Shown in pieces: positions 1-14,344 of a stretch of 64,000 bases of DNA. The DNA lies in assembly GCA_963514005.1 (NCBI GenBank), contig OY740808.1:12524001-12588000 (forward strand), given 5' to 3'. The stretch is from Raja brachyura (Eukaryota). Position numbers and translations under genes: made by a program. Each line of letters begins with the position of its first letter. Positions within the stretch are counted from its first letter, which is position 1. The notes beneath the pieces were generated by a model that did not search any database, was not told where the DNA came from, and saw only the letters and a program-made list of their open reading frames with translations.

Positions 1-1924
1 GAGTCCAGCAGAGAAGGACAAAGGGCTTAATTAGGAAAGGGAAAATAGATTATGAAAGAAAACTGGCAGGGAACATAAAAACTGACTGCAAAGGTTTTTA
101 TAGATATGTGAAGAGAAAATGGTTAGTTAAAACAAATGTAGGTCTCTTGCAGTCAGAAACTGGTCAATTGATCATGGGGAACAAAGACATGGCAGACCAA
201 TTGAATAACTACTTTGGTTCTGCGTTCACCAAGGAAGACATAAATAATCTGCCGGAAATAGCAGGGGACCGGGGGTCAAATGAGTTGGAGGAACTGAGTG
301 AAATCCAGGTTAGCTGGGAAGTGGTGTTGGGTAAATTGAATGGATTAAAGGCCGATAAATCCCCTGGGCCAGATCGGCTGCATCCGAGAGTACTTAAGGA
401 AGTAGCCCCAGATATAGTGGATGCATTAGTGACAATTTTTCAAAACTCTTTAGATTCTGGAGTAGTTCCTGAGGATTGGAGGGTAGCTAATGTAACCCCA
501 CTTTTTAAAAAGGGAGGGAGAGAGAAAACGGGGAATTACAGACCAGTTAGTCTAACATCGGTGGTGGGGGAAATGCTAGTCAGTTATTAAAGATGGGTTA
601 GCAGCACATTTGGAAAGTGGTGAAATCATTGGACAAAGTCAGCATGGATTTATGAAAGGTAAATCATGTCTGACGAATCTTATAGAATTTTTCGAGGATG
701 TAACTAGTAGAGTGGATAAGGGAGAATCTGTGGATGTGTTATATCTGGGCTTTCGACAAGGTCCCACATAAGAGATTAGCATTCAAACTTAAAGCAGACG
801 GTATTGGGGGTTCAGTGTTGATGTGGATAGCGATCTGGCTGGCAGACAGGAAGCAAAGAGTAGGAGTAAATGGTTCATTTTAAGAATGGCAGGCAGTGAC
901 TAGTGGGGTACCACAAGGCTAAATGCTGGGACCCCAGCTATTTACAAAATAAATTAATGATCTGGATGAGGGAATTGAATGCAACATCTCCAAGTTTGCG
1001 GATGACACGAAGCTGTGGGGCAGTGTTAGCTGTGAGGAGGATGCTAGGAGGCTGCAAGGTGACTTGGATAGGTTGGGAGAGTTGGCAAATGCATGGCAGA
1101 TGCACTATAATGTGGATCAATGTGAGGTTATCCACTTTGGCGGCAAAAACAGGAGAGTAGACTATTATCTGAACGGTGGCCGATTAGGAAAGGGGAGATG
1201 CAAAGAGACCTGGGTGTCATGGTACACTAGTCATTGAAAGTAGGCTTGCAGGTGCAGCAGACTGTGAAGAAAGCGAATGGTGTGTTGGCATTCATAGCAA
1301 AAGGATTTGAGTACAATAGCAGGGAGGTTCTACTGCAGCTGTACAGGGTCTTGGTGAGGCCACACCTGGAGTATTGCATACAGTTTTGGTGTCCTAATCT
1401 GAGGAAAGACATTCTTGCCATAGAGGGAGTACAGAGAAGGTTCACCAGACTGATTCCTGGGATGGCAGGACTTCCATATGAAGAAAGACTGGATAGACTT
1501 GTCTTGTACTCGCTGGAATTTAGGAGATTGAGGGAGGATCTTATAGAGACTTACAAAATTCTTAAGGGGTTGGACAGGCTAAATGAGGGAAGATTGTTCC
1601 CGATGTTGGGGAACTCCAGAACAAGGGGTCACAGTTTAAGGATAAGGGGGAAGTCTTTTAGGACCGAGATGAGAAAATCATTTTTCACACAGAGAGTGGT
1701 GAGTCTCTGGAATTCTCTGCCACAGAAGGTAGTTGAGGCCAGTTCATTGGCTATATTTATGAGGGAGTTAGATGTGGCCCTTGTGGCTAAAGGGATCAGG
1801 GGGTATGGAGAAAAGTCAGGTGCAGGTTACTGATTTGGATGAGCAGCCATGATCATATTGAATGGCGGTGCAGGCTCGAAGGGCCGAATGGCCTACTCTT
1901 GCACCTATTTTCTATGGTTCTATG
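1..1924 (+). mobile_element. CR1-clade LINE, 3' part (degenerate RT ORF2 and 3' UTR)
   Basis: ORFs 108-590 (KSPGPD, NYRPVSLTS) and 1234-1833 (LVRPHLEYC, RTRGHSLRI); FADD motif near 995; CR1-type 3' end ending ttctatg. Confidence 0.92.
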
Positions 1925-2670
1925 ATCCCTCCTTTGCGGTCCTTTTCCTTAACTCTCTTCCTAACTCTGTAAATTTTCCTTTCAGGACCTCTTCTCTTTT
2001 TCTACCTATGTCATTGGTACTAATATGCACCACGACCTCAGGCTCCTCTCCCTCCCTTTTCAGGATATCTTGGACTAGCGTGTCCAAACATTACAATCTT
2101 ATATGTTTCAATGAGATAGCCTCTCATCCTTCTAAACTCCAGAGTGTACAAGCCCAGCTGCTCCATTCTCTCAGCAAATGACAATCCTGCCATCCCTGAA
2201 AATTAACCTTGTAAACCTACGCTGCACTCCCTCAATAGCAAGAATGTCCTTCCTCAAATTAGGGGACCAAAACTGCACACAATCTCCAGGTGTGGTGTCA
2301 CTAGGTCTCTGTTCAACTTCCCCACCACTGATGTAAGGCTAACTGGCGTATAATTCCCTGTTTTCTCCCTCTCTTAAAAAGTGGGATAACATTAGCTACC
2401 TTCCAGTCCACAGGAACTGATCCAGAGTCTATAGAACATTGGAAAATGATCACCAATGCATTCACGATTTCTAGCGCCACCTCCGGGGCTACTCTGGGAT
2501 GCAGACCATCAGGCCCTGGGAATTTATCTGCCTTCATTCTCAACAGTTTACCCAACACCATTTCATGACTAATGTGCATTTCCTTCAGATCCTCCGCCAT
2601 GCCTGATCCTCGGTTCCCTAGTATTTCTGGGAGAATGTTTGTGTCTTCCTTCGTGAAAACAGAACAGGTT
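1925..2670 (-). mobile_element. Rearranged CR1 fragments (ORF1 and ORF2 pieces)
   Basis: ORF 2313-2690 (KFPGPDGLHPRV, DWKVANVIPLFK); 1925-2075 resembles the reverse complement of CR1 ORF1. Confidence 0.8.
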
Positions 2671-2679
2671 TGGTCCAAA

Positions 2680-3203
2680 TTAATATACATGCAATGGAGA
2701 CTTGTATGTCCTCAGGTTGCATCATGGCCTGGTTCAGCAATTTAAGCGTCCAGGAATGAAAAAGACTACAAAACGTTGTGACCACTGCCCTGTCCATCAC
2801 CAGCTTTGACCTCCCCACCATCGAAGAGATCTATCATAGTCGCTGCCTCAAAAAAGCAGATAAAATCATCAAAGACCCACACAATCCTGGTCACGCACTT
2901 GTTTCACCATTGCCATCAAGAAGAAGGTACAGGAGCGTGAAAAGTGTAACGTCCAGCTTCAGGAACAGCTTCTTCCCTATAGCCATCAGGCTATTAAAGA
3001 CAACAACGAATAAGATCTGAGCTCTGAACTGCAAAAGACTTATTATTGCACTATATTTGTTATTTATTGAACTTTTTCTTTTTTTTCTCTTCCCCAGTAA
3101 TGTACTATGTTTACACATTCACATATTCTGTTGTACTGCAGTAAGTAAGAATTTTATTGTCCCATCTGGGACATATGACAATAACACACGCTTGACTCTT
3201 GAC
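2680..3203 (+). mobile_element. Rex1/Babar-like LINE 3' fragment
   Basis: ORF 2778-3020 (IIKDPHNPGH..LPSRRRY..SFFPIAIRLL); tail gacaataa..cttgactcttga. Confidence 0.75.
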
Positions 3204-4159
3204 TAGAAGTGTAGTAAGAATAAGCCCAACTTGGTGGGTGCATTGCAAGAGTGAGAAAGGCCAGGTGTAAAAACAAAGCAAGGATTTAAATTAGGGAAAA
3301 AGGCGAGGGAAGAGGAGAGCGAACAGGAAGAGTGTCCCAGTGAAGAATTCAAAATTCATTGAAGTTCCTTTATGCATACGAGGAGTATTTTCGGAGGCTG
3401 CAGCAAATCGTCCGATCAGCTGAGAAGGTTATTGTCTGCAACCTTCCTTCCATTGACGAAGTGTACACTGCAAGGGCCAGGAAGTGAGCGGGTAAGATAA
3501 TCTCTGAATCACTTCCCTCTGTAAGGCGACTGGACTGTCAAAGCTGCCACAGCCAGACATAACATTGCTTTTTTTCCACAAATAGAAGTTCTACTCAATT
3601 ACCAAAAAATCTGTAGCCTCCTTTTGCTCTGGTATTTTATTTAATTCACATGTTTAATCGATAATGTTTTATTCTTAATGTTTAATGTTTTATGTATCAT
3701 TCCTAACTGTCACTGTATGTCATGTTGTCACTTGTGGGGGGAACACCAAGGCAAATTCCTTGCATGTGAATACTTAGCCAATAAACTTATTCATTCATTT
3801 AGTAAGGATCGCATGCGGCGAGGTTGAGTTGTAACTGAGATGGGAGGGCTTAGAGAAATAAATAAACCGGTGCTACTGAAGTGAGGTCAGGACATGAACT
3901 TACTGACGCATGCCATTAATATCAGATGCAAGAAAAACCTCGTTCAAATTGCTGACTATTTAAAATATATCTGGACAGAACGGCAATGTGGGGGAGAACA
4001 GTCCATATGGAAAGGACGAGAAATATATCAAAACTGCTCTGATATGCGGCTATAGGAGTGAGTTACGGTATATACTTGCTAAAAAACATGAAGAGAAACA
4101 AAGCAATGCAGGTGAATGAAGTATAAAGTTATTTATACTTTATTTAAATTATATTTGTA

Positions 4160-6708
4160 CGTTGAAGTTTGTTACGTTTGCGGATGATACAAATGTATTT
4201 TGTTCATGGAATGATATAAAATAACGATTGAAAAGAGCAGAAAGAGAATTGATAGTGCTAAAAAAAATGGTTTGATATGAATAAATTATCCCTAAATGAA
4301 AATAAAACAAAATTTATGGTGTTTGGTGGTGACAGGGTTAATTGTGAAATAAAATTGAATTTAAAATGGAGTTGAAATTGAAAGGGTATATCAAACAAAA
4401 TTCCTGGAGTGATTATGGATCATAAACTTTGTTGGAAGCCACATATAGAATACATCAAATGGAAATTATCTCAATCCATTGCTATTCTTTACAAAACAAA
4501 GGATAAGAAGTATATATTGTATAGCTCGCTTATAATGCCATATATGTCATATTGTGTTGAAGTTTGGGGAAATGTATAAAAACATATATAGACCCTATAA
4601 TTAAACTCCCGAAAAGAGCTATTAGAATAATACATAAAGTTTCTTACCGTGAAACTACAAATCTATTATTCATAAAGTCTGGTACCTTAAATTGTTTGGA
4701 TACTGTGCATGTAAAGACTTTATAAATACTTTTCCGAGTTAGGAATAAAAGCCTTCCTGTTAGTATTTTAAAAAAAAATTAAATTAAGAGAAGGAATTTA
4801 TAATTTAAGAGGGTTGTGTATTTTTGAAACGTGTAAAGTGAGAACAATGTAAAATATAGGTGCGTCTCAGTTTTGGGAGTCCGATTATGGAGCGGAATGG
4901 GACACATTAATATCTAGATTTATTTGGGGAGGAAAGAAGGCCAGAATTCGATACACTACACTCCATTTGCCAAAGGGCAAAGGTGGAATGGCACTTCCAA
5001 ATTTTAGGATATATTTCTATGCAGCCCAACTTCGACCACTAATTAATTGGTGTGAGGACAGCTGTATAGCTAGGTGGAAAGAGATTGAGACATATATCCC
5101 TGACTTCCACTTACAAACACTCTTGGGGGAAAAAAAGCGCTTCCTGGACATATCAGGACCATAATCGATCCAATACCGATATTTACTTTAGAAATCTGGT
5201 TCACTCTTACCAGACAACTTAAACTGAATAAACGACAAAGCGTTTTAAGATGGATAGCTTTGGATAATGAATTTAAACCAGGGATGTATCACTCAACATT
5301 TCAAGAGTGGATGAAGAAAGGAATCACTGCATTTTGTACTGTTATTGAAAATGGAGTCCAAAGACGTTTTCTAGATTTGAAGGATAGATTTGCACTTCGG
5401 AACCAAGACTTGTTTAGATACCTCCAACTGAGAGATTATTACAATAAAAAAGTAAAAAGGGAGGCACTAGAAGAAACAAATCCAGCGATAGAAGTGATAG
5501 TTAATGCGTATCATCAAAAAACATTAAGGATTATTTCTAAACTTTATCATAGTTTAATTGAATGTCAAGCTAAAACTACATTTTATGTAAAATTTAAGTG
5601 GGAAAAGGAATTGAACATCACAATCTCAGAAGAAGAATGGCATCATATGTGTGTAACACTACAGACACTAATTCACAAAAATGGAGAGAAATTAATTGGA
5701 AAAATTTGATTCATTTCTTTATTACGCCTAACATAAAAGGTAAGCAAATTCTAAGGCAGCAAACATGCTGGAGGCAATGTGACCAAACAGACGCAAATCA
5801 CGCACATATCTTCTGGAGTTGCCCAAAAATAGAACCATTTTGGGACACAGTGAATTCAGAATTAAAGGAGGTATTAGGATATATTGTCTCCAAGAAGTGT
5901 TCAATTTTATACCTGAGTAATATAACAGTGGTGCTGAAGAAAGATAATTCCTTGGTTAAATTCCTACTCGCAGCTGGCAGAAAGGCCATTACAAGAAACT
6001 GCCTTGCAGCGGACTTAGTCTTAGACAATGGTTACACATAGTACAGGAAATATTTGTCATGGAGAAAATGACATATTCTCTAAGAGTGAAAGAAGATGAG
6101 TTTAACAAAAAATTGGAAAAATGGATTGGGTATAGAAATAAAGACATCAACATGGTATAATTTTATTGACAAAAATGTAAGTTATTGGAAAATGTTTTAA
6201 TAAGAAAATAGTTCTGTATACTGCATCATTAATTGCAAACTGAACCTCCCGCTACACTGTTGTACGTTTCACTGCATTGTTGTATGTTTGTGTTTATTTG
6301 TGTATACATAAAGCAATAAAGACTTAAGTGGAAAAAAAATTATGGAGCGGGCTTAGTGTTGAGTTGAAATTTTGATTCTCCCTGTCGAGTTTCAAAATAG
6401 CCTTAAAATGTAAAGTAATTAAGGATTATAATGTAAAATGATTAAAATGTAAAATAAGTAAGGATTACAATTTAGAGTAATTTTTTTTTCTTTTTCCTTT
6501 GTAATGCTGATATTCTGGGTTATCTTATGGATTGTATTGGATAGGCAAAAATAAGCTTTGTGGCTTCAGCCTATTCCTTTTTCGGTCATTGATTATGTGA
6601 ACATTGTTTGAGATGGATACAGTGTTGGTTCATATTCACACAGATTGTAACATTTTCTATTTAATGTATGACCGAAATAAACTATTCATTCATTCATTCA
6701 TTCATTCA
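4160..6708 (+). mobile_element. L2/Crack-like LINE 3' fragment interrupted by an L1
   Basis: FADDTN-coding sequence near 4177; decayed RT C-terminus; AATAAA followed by (ATTC)n tail at about 6676-6708. Confidence 0.7.
4896..6338 (+). mobile_element. L1/Tx1 LINE 3' fragment nested in the L2/Crack element
   Basis: GGMALPNF and CWRQC..HIFWSCP motifs; AATAAA plus A tail; 12-bp TSD ATTATGGAGCGG at 4884-4895 and 6339-6350. Confidence 0.88.
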
Positions 6709-8697
6709 ATAAGGTCAAGGAGGGAAACGGATTTCCTGTCGAAGGGAGGGACGGCACTTCTTTAAGTTGGAAGTTACCAGAGGAGAAATGGCGGTGAAAT
6801 AAATAGCCCCCCGGGGATGAGAATTAGAACATAAGGGAAAATACGGAAGATGCTCTAGCAAAGAAATGTAGGCTGGAAATGTTCAACACCATCGCGGACA
6901 TTTGTAGATAAAATGAAAGTCACGATTGAGAATGGGAAATGTGTCTAGAGTTGTCGATTGATTGTTGCTCTGGGTTCATTGAAAAGCAGTGATGTTGAGA
7001 GGCTAAGAGACCATTGCGAGGAAGTGATAGTGGTTTGATCTGCAACCTTAATGTCAATTACTCTCGTATCGGATTCCAGGTACACTTGGGACTGCTCCAC
7101 GCTACTGGTGTTTCTTGTTCTGCTTTGTATCTGTCTTTTCACTAATTATTTATCTTGTTAACACCAAGGCATCTTTTATTTCTTATTTTGAAAAAAGGCA
7201 TTGTCTGCATTTATCTAACATCAGCCATGACACGAGTGCGATTCAATACAATGAAACTTAATTATTAAGACATAACCAAAATGTATCTCAATGTTATATT
7301 TCACTGTATCGATCGGTACTGTCCCTTGATGCGATGCAGTAATGTTGCAGCTAAAGTGACACAATTCCGTGGTTGATTTGCTGCGACTTTTGAATTCCAT
7401 ATAATGTGCCGCCACTATTATCTATTTTATCTATTTTATCCTTTTGTTATTTTATGTTGCACGGTGAGCCAGATGCAACGAAATTTCATTCAGACTTGCA
7501 CTTGTTGGTGTATTTTTGAATGACAATAAAGTCTTTGATTGATTGACTGATTGATTGAAAAAGCAATGAAAAATGTATGGACCACATGTTTTAATTGTCT
7601 TATTTGTTGAATAGCTTTCGTCGGAGTATCACTGCACCACCAGTAGCGTCGTGGCACCTTTATCTCCTCCAGAGAAAGAAGATTGGGCATTGATTTGACG
7701 CTTTATCTGCAGCACAACTGCTTGAAGATTGCCTATCTTGCTTATTACCGTACTGGAAAATTTGCCGCGATTGCAGAATATGTCCAAGTCCGGCAGTGGC
7801 ATATTAAAATAAAAAATCTGGCGTGTGTGTCCTAAGCAAACGTAACTTTAGCAATTTAATCTTTTCTTTTCGACTGAAGCATTTCACACAGCATTCCATT
7901 TTGCGTCTGTGTTGTGTGATCTTGATTTTCTTTTGTTTAGTTTATTTAGTTTAGTTTAGAAATACAGCGTGGAAACAAGCTCTTCGACCCACTGAGACAA
8001 TTTTAATCTCCGCCACGTTAAAGACATTTTGAACACATTGTTGCTATTCATGCTTTCGACTTTCTGCATCGAAGCTTCAACTGGTTACTACGGTGAAATC
8101 ACTGTAACAAAACTCAGAAATTTCATTATTTGTGGCCAGGATCGTGACTCATAATTACTTGCTCTCAGTGGAGTTTATCCATACGACAAGTCCTCTCCTC
8201 TACTCTCCAACTACATGGAATAACATCGCAGCAATTAATTCCCTTTCTGATATTACATCACGTTGGTGGCTGTCCAGGAACACTCTGAGACTTTCTAGTC
8301 CGTAGCTAAGTGCTACGTTTGACACGAATACCTCAATACTTAAATTTGTGTCCAGATGTGCACAAATGTGGTTAAATGAGCTCTGCATTGGTCCAAACCT
8401 ATCCGGTTAAGGAATGGTAATCCATTTTGTTTTCTCTTCAGCCATCAGAAGACCAGTTGGTGCATCTCAAACTCTGTATATAACAAGCTGATTCCACTTC
8501 ACCCCTTTTTAAATTTGAATTGACATTCTGCAATTTCAGCAGTTTATTGAACTGGAGCAAATATTCCAGTCAGGCATTTCGAGCAGCACCATAACTGCGA
8601 TTTGTGTATTAATAATGCCCTTGTTTCGTCTTTCTCACAATAACTGAGAAGTGCCTATTCCTGTGTTTAACACTTTAACTACCACTCTTATTCCCAT

Positions 8698-8969
8698 ACT
8701 CAGTGCTCCTGTGGATTTTGAAGCAACAACAACAAAGAGAAGCAGGAGAAAGAACTGAATGGCTCTAGCACAAGTGGGAGGAGAGTTAGAAGTGAGTGAG
8801 AGGGGGAAAACAGTTGAAAAGGAGAGGCAAAGCACAGGCAGACTTAACTCAGAGCTCCCATGGATTTTGAAGCAACAGCAACAAAGAGAATCAGGAGAAA
8901 ACACTGATTGGCTCTAGCCCAAGTGGGAGGAGAGTTAGAAATGAGTCGGAGGGGGAAAACAGTTTAAAA
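8698..8969 (+). repeat. Tandem ~149-bp duplication at the 5' end of the CR1
   Basis: actcagtgctcc..ggattttgaagcaaca..gggggaaaacagtt recurs at 8698 and 8847. Confidence 0.85.
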
Positions 8970-11900
8970 CTGAGGAATTTGGTTTGTAAATTGGTAAATT
9001 AGGCAATTTATCAGTCAATATAAGCAAGACGGCTCTTAGGGGGCGGCAGTGAGGGAACGGCCTTGTGAGTAAAGTGTGAGTCTTTGGCTCGAGAGTCTTC
9101 GGCAAGGAGGCTGAGGAGGCAACACATAAAATGCGAGAGGACGGAACGTGGTGAATACATATCGGGGCAGATGGGACCGTGTGAGGCTTGCTGAATGTGG
9201 GAGCCCAAGGACACAGATGGAGTCTCTGGCTGCTACAACAGTGGCAAGTGCATCCAGCTTCAGCTCCTAAAGGACCGTGTTGGGGCACTGGAGAAGCAGC
9301 TGGCTGACCTCAGGGCCATCCGGGAAAATGAGAGTTTCCTGGACAGGACCTACAGCAAGGTAGTCACGCCGAGGTTACGGGAAGGACCAAGGTGTGTGAT
9401 GGAGAGAAAAGGTGGAAATTGTTGAGTGCAGAAGACTCGGGTGGCTGTGCCTAATGAAAACAGGTATGCCCCCTTGGGAACTGTCTGGGGAGACAATGTT
9501 TCCAGTCCGAGTGGCTGACACGTCGGTGGCTCCAATCCTGGAGATGGGACTCGACCGGAGAGACCGACGTCGGGCAGACCCCTAGTGGTGGGTGACTCCA
9601 TTGTCCGAGGAGCAGACAGGAGATTCTGTGGCGGCAGATGAGATGCGAGGATGGTCTGTTGCCTCCCTGGTGCCAGGGTTCAGGATGTCACAAGCCGAAT
9701 TCTGAACGTCCTCGAGAGAGAAAGTGAACAGCCGGCAGTAGTTGTGCACGTAGGCACAATCGACATCAGTAAGAAGAGGAAGGAGGTTCTCCAACATGAC
9801 TTCAGAGAGTTGGGAAGAAGACTGAAATGCAAGACTTCTAGTGTGGTTATCTCTGGATTGCTTCCAGTACCACGTGCTAGTGAGGACAGGAACAGGGAGA
9901 TAGGGGATCTGAATGTGTAGCTGAGGGGCTGGTGCAGGGAGCAAGGAGTAGATTTATAGACCACTGGGATCTCTTCTGGGGTAGGGGTGACCTGTACAAA
10001 AGGGACGGGTTACACCTTAACCGAGGGGGACCGACATTCTGGCAGGCAGGTTGGCGCGGGCTACATGTGGGGGTTTAAACTAAATAGTGGGAGGGAGGGA
10101 ATGGCATATTGGGAGTATAAAGATGGAGTTGAAGGGGAAGTGGATACAGCAAAAATTTACAAAAGATTCTCGAATTAATGGGAAGGAAAGCTTAAGAATG
10201 TACAACAGAGTAAGGACAGGGCAAATTACGAGGGGGGAAGTGAATATGGAGGTCAAAGTACTGTATATGAATGCACGAAGTATAAGGAATAAAGTGGACG
10301 AGCTTGAAGCTCAGTTAGAAACTGGCAAGTATGATGTTGTTTGAATTACTGAGACATGGCTGCAAGAGGGCCATGGCTGGGAACTGAATTTTCAAGGGTA
10401 TACCTCCTATTGAAAAGACAGACAGGTGGGCAGAGGGGGTGGGGGTGCCCTGTTGGTGAGGAATGAAATTCAGTCCCTTGCAATGGGTGACATTGAAACA
10501 GGAGATACGGAGTCAGTATAGATAGAACTAAGGAATTGTAAGGGTAAAAAGACCCTAATGGGACTAATCTACAGGCCTCCAAACAGTAGCCTGGACATAG
10601 GGCGCAAGTTGAATCAGGAATTAAAATTGGCATGTAGCTAAAGTAATGCTGTGGTTGTTATGGGAGATTTCAACATGCAGGTAGACTGGGAAAATCTGGT
10701 TGTACTGGACCCCAAGAAAGGGACTTTGTGGAGTGCATTTGTGATGGATTCTTTGAACAGCTTGTATTGGAGCCTACCAGGGAGAAGGCAATTCTGGATT
10801 TAGTGTTATGTAATGAACCAGATTTGATAAAGGACCTTGAGGTTAATGAGCCATTAGGAGGCAGTGACCATAACATGGTCAGGTTTAATCTACAATTGGA
10901 GAGGGAGAAGAGTAGATCAGAGGTGTCAGTGTTGCAGTTGAATAAGGGGGACTATGAGGCCATGAGGGAGGAGCTGGCCAAAGGTGACTGGAAAGATACA
11001 CTAGCAGGGATAGCAGTGGAACAAAAATGGCAGATGTTTCTAGGAATAATACAGAAGGTGCAGGATCAGTTCATTCCTAGGAGGAAGAAAGATTCCAAGG
11101 GGAGAAAGGGATGACCATGGTTGACAAGGGACATGAGGGACAGTATAAAAAATTAAAGCAAAGAAGTATAACGTAGCAACGATGAGCGGGAAGCAAGAGG
11201 ATTGGGTAATGTTTAAAGAACAACAGAAGATAACTAAAAAGACAATACGGGGAGAAAAGGTGAGGTACGAAGGTAAGCTAGCCAAGAATATAAAGCAGAA
11301 TAGTAAAAGCTTCTTTAGGTATGTGAAGAGGAAAAAAATAGTTAAGACCAAAGTTGGACCCTTGAAGACTGAAAAAGGTGAATTTATTATGGGGAACAAG
11401 GAAATGGCAGATGTGTTGAACAGGTACTTTGGATCTGTCTTCACTAAGGAGGACACAAACAATCTTCCTGATATAGTAGTGGCCAGAGGATCTGGGGTTA
11501 CAGCGGAACTGAAGGAAATCCACATTATGCAGGAAATGGTGTTGGATAGACTGATGGGACTGAAGGCTGATAAATCCCCAGGGCCTGATGGTCTGCATCC
11601 CAGGGTACTTAAGGAAGTGACTCTAGAAATCGTGGATGCATTGGTGATAATTTTCCAATGTTCTATAGAATCAGGATCAGTTCCTGGGGATTGGAGGATA
11701 GCTAATGTTATTCCACTTTTTAAGAAAGGTGGGAGAGAGAAAACGGGGATTTATAGACCTTTATCACATCGGTGGTGGGAAAGATGCTGGAGTCAATTAT
11801 AAAAGATGAGATAGCCGCACATTTGGATAGCAGTAACAGGATCGGTCCGAGTCAGCATGGATTTACGAAGGGGAAATCATGCTTGACTAATCTTCTGGAA

Positions 11901-12668
11901 TTTTATGAAGATGTAACTAGGAAAATGGACAAGGGAGAGCCAGTGGATGTAGTGTGCCTAGATTTTCAGAAAGCATGTGATAAAGTCCCACATAGGAGAT
12001 TAGTGGGCAAAAATAGGGCACATGGTATTGGGGGTTGAGTACTAACATGGATAGAGAAGTGGTTGGCTGACAGGAAACAGGAGAGTAGGGAATAACGGGT
12101 CCCTTTCAGAATGACAGGCAGTGACTAGTGGGGTACCGCAAGGCTCGGTGCTGGGACCACAGCTGTTTACAATATACATCAATGATTTGGATGAAGGGAT
12201 TCAAAGTAACATTAGCAAATTTGCAGATGACACAAAGCTGGGTGGCAGTGTGAACTGTGAGGAGGATGCTATACGAATGCAGAGTGACTTGGACAGGTTG
12301 GGAGAGTGGGCAGATGCATGGCAGATTAAGTTTAATGTGGATAAATGTGAGATTATCCACTTTGGTAGCAAAAACAGGAAGGCAGATTAGTATGTAAATG
12401 GCATCAAGTTGGGAAAAGGGGAAGTACAACGGGATCTGGGGATCCTTGTACATCAGTCTATGAAAGTAAGCATGCAGGTACAGCAGGCAGTGAAGAAAGT
12501 GAATGGCATGTTGGCCTTTATAACAAGAGGAATCGAATATAGGAGCAAAGAGGTCCTTCTGCAGTTGCACAGAGCCCTCGTGAGACCACACCTGGAGTAT
12601 TGTGTGCAGTTTTAGTCTCCTAATTTGGGGAAGGGCATTCTTGCTATTGAGGAAGTGCAGCGTAGTTC
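8698..12668 (+). mobile_element. Near full-length degenerate CR1 (ORF1 with GDSL/SGNH esterase, ORF2 EN-RT), 3' end missing
   Basis: ORF1 pieces 9195-9920 with VVGDSIVR near 9585; APE start LYMNARSI at 10261; SDH; GVPQGSVLGP and FADD in ORF 12121-12390. Confidence 0.92.
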
Positions 12669-12729
12669 TTCCCCTGACTCGAGTTAATGATTATCACAAC
12701 TCTGCCACTGTTGGCCAATTCAAGCACCA

Positions 12730-12971
12730 AGTGGCGCCACCCCGTGGTTAGGCCATTTACTAATCGAACCCTCGGCAGTCGGGGGGGGGGGGGGGGTAGG
12801 GTCACCGTGTAATGGCGGGATGGAGTTGTCACGAGGTATCGGGGTATGCCCTAGTATGTGTAATGAACCCCTTGTCAACCTCCCCCCATCCACGTGTGTG
12901 TTGTTCTCTTTGCTTTGACAATAAAGATCTCTTTGATTCACCATGCGTGGCCTGCTTATTCGCCCGCCATA
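12730..12971 (+). mobile_element. Probable solo LTR (~240 bp)
   Basis: Imperfect terminal inverted ends (agtggcg..cgccata); AATAAA near 12920; absent from the paralogous site at about 32385. Confidence 0.5.
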
Positions 12972-14194
12972 ATCTCCTAATACAGATGCAATAATTTATC
13001 TCCCGTATTTACCTGCATGTGAATGCATTATAGGAGATAATTCTCAGCCAATTAAGGTGGAGCACTTACAAATCAAACAGCAAACATTGTCAGTTGGTCG
13101 CCAGAATTATTTGAGGATAAAAATCGAAACAACTATATGTGTACTACGTGGTTTCAATCCAGGATTCCCGTGTGACATCTTGATTCTCTTGATAGGTCTG
13201 CAATTATTGGCATTATGGTTAACGGTCAGTACTGCAGAGAGCTGTGCATGTAGCTCAGCCTATCACTAAATCAACCACCCTGCTTAGACTCCATCTGCCG
13301 CATGAAGTGGCCACGTAAACAAGCACCGTTTTACTCCAGTCATTTACTGTTCGTCGTTCTTCCTTCGGGCAGACTATTCAAAAGCTAGTGAGCACGTACC
13401 GCCAGAATCAGAAAGTTCCCTCCTTGTTGTTTTCAGACTATTGAACTATTCTCCCATCAGCTTTAAGCCTAGCCCTTTGAGGAACTTGCATTGAAAAAAA
13501 ATACACGTTCGCTGCAACTGTAATGCTATATCTTCCCTGCACTAAATCTGTGCTTTGCATTTTCCGTTTTGTACCACTTGCTGCACCTGTAAGTGGCTTA
13601 GTGACACTCATATATGGAATAATTTCACGAGATAGCACGCAGAAAGTTTTTTCACTATATCCCCGGTGTAGATGATAATAATAATAAACCAATAACAATG
13701 CACATTTGGATGCATCTAAATGTTAGCAGCTGTCCTTCCAATTTGCCCTCAGTTGGTTAAGACTTAGAGGGTCAAGTTAATGATTGAGATAAAATTTAAA
13801 AAGCTACGATGTAAAATTGACCATCATCAATTTTTCAGATTGAGCAAATGCAAGTTGGAAACATAAGAAGAAATAAGAACAGAAGTAGGTTGTGCATGCC
13901 TCCATCCGGAGACATGGTTGAACGTTTACGCTAGCTCCAGTGTCATACTGAACGATACCAATATTCCTCATTGGGACCCATTTCTATATCAATCTCCTTG
14001 TGTATTGGCGATCACCTACAGTAAAGAATCCCAAACTTTGTAATTGCACTTAGCGAAGAATGCTTTTCATTTTCGTCCTGATTACCCGAAGATTAAGTCA
14101 GCGAGGGTTTATGATTAAAATAAAGCAATCGGGAAAGAACTCGCGCGGGCGATTAGAATGGCCTAAGGGGTAAGTGATAAAGCTCTTTGTTGCA

Positions 14195-14330
14195 TAGGAC
14201 GAGACTGCAGATGCTGGTTTGAACCGAAGATAGACACAAAAAGCTGCGCTCTCAACGGGACAGGCAGCATCTCTGGAGAGAAGGAATGGGTGATGTTGCG
14301 GGTCGAGACCCTATTTCACACCTTTTTGCA
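14195..14330 (-). mobile_element. Penelope-derived short repeat (pLTR-like)
   Basis: Matches the 3' terminus of the GIY-YIG element at 37630-37750; similar copies near 17820, 19830, 21290, 24440 and 61785. Confidence 0.65.
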
Positions 14331-14344
14331 GCGCTGGATTACAG

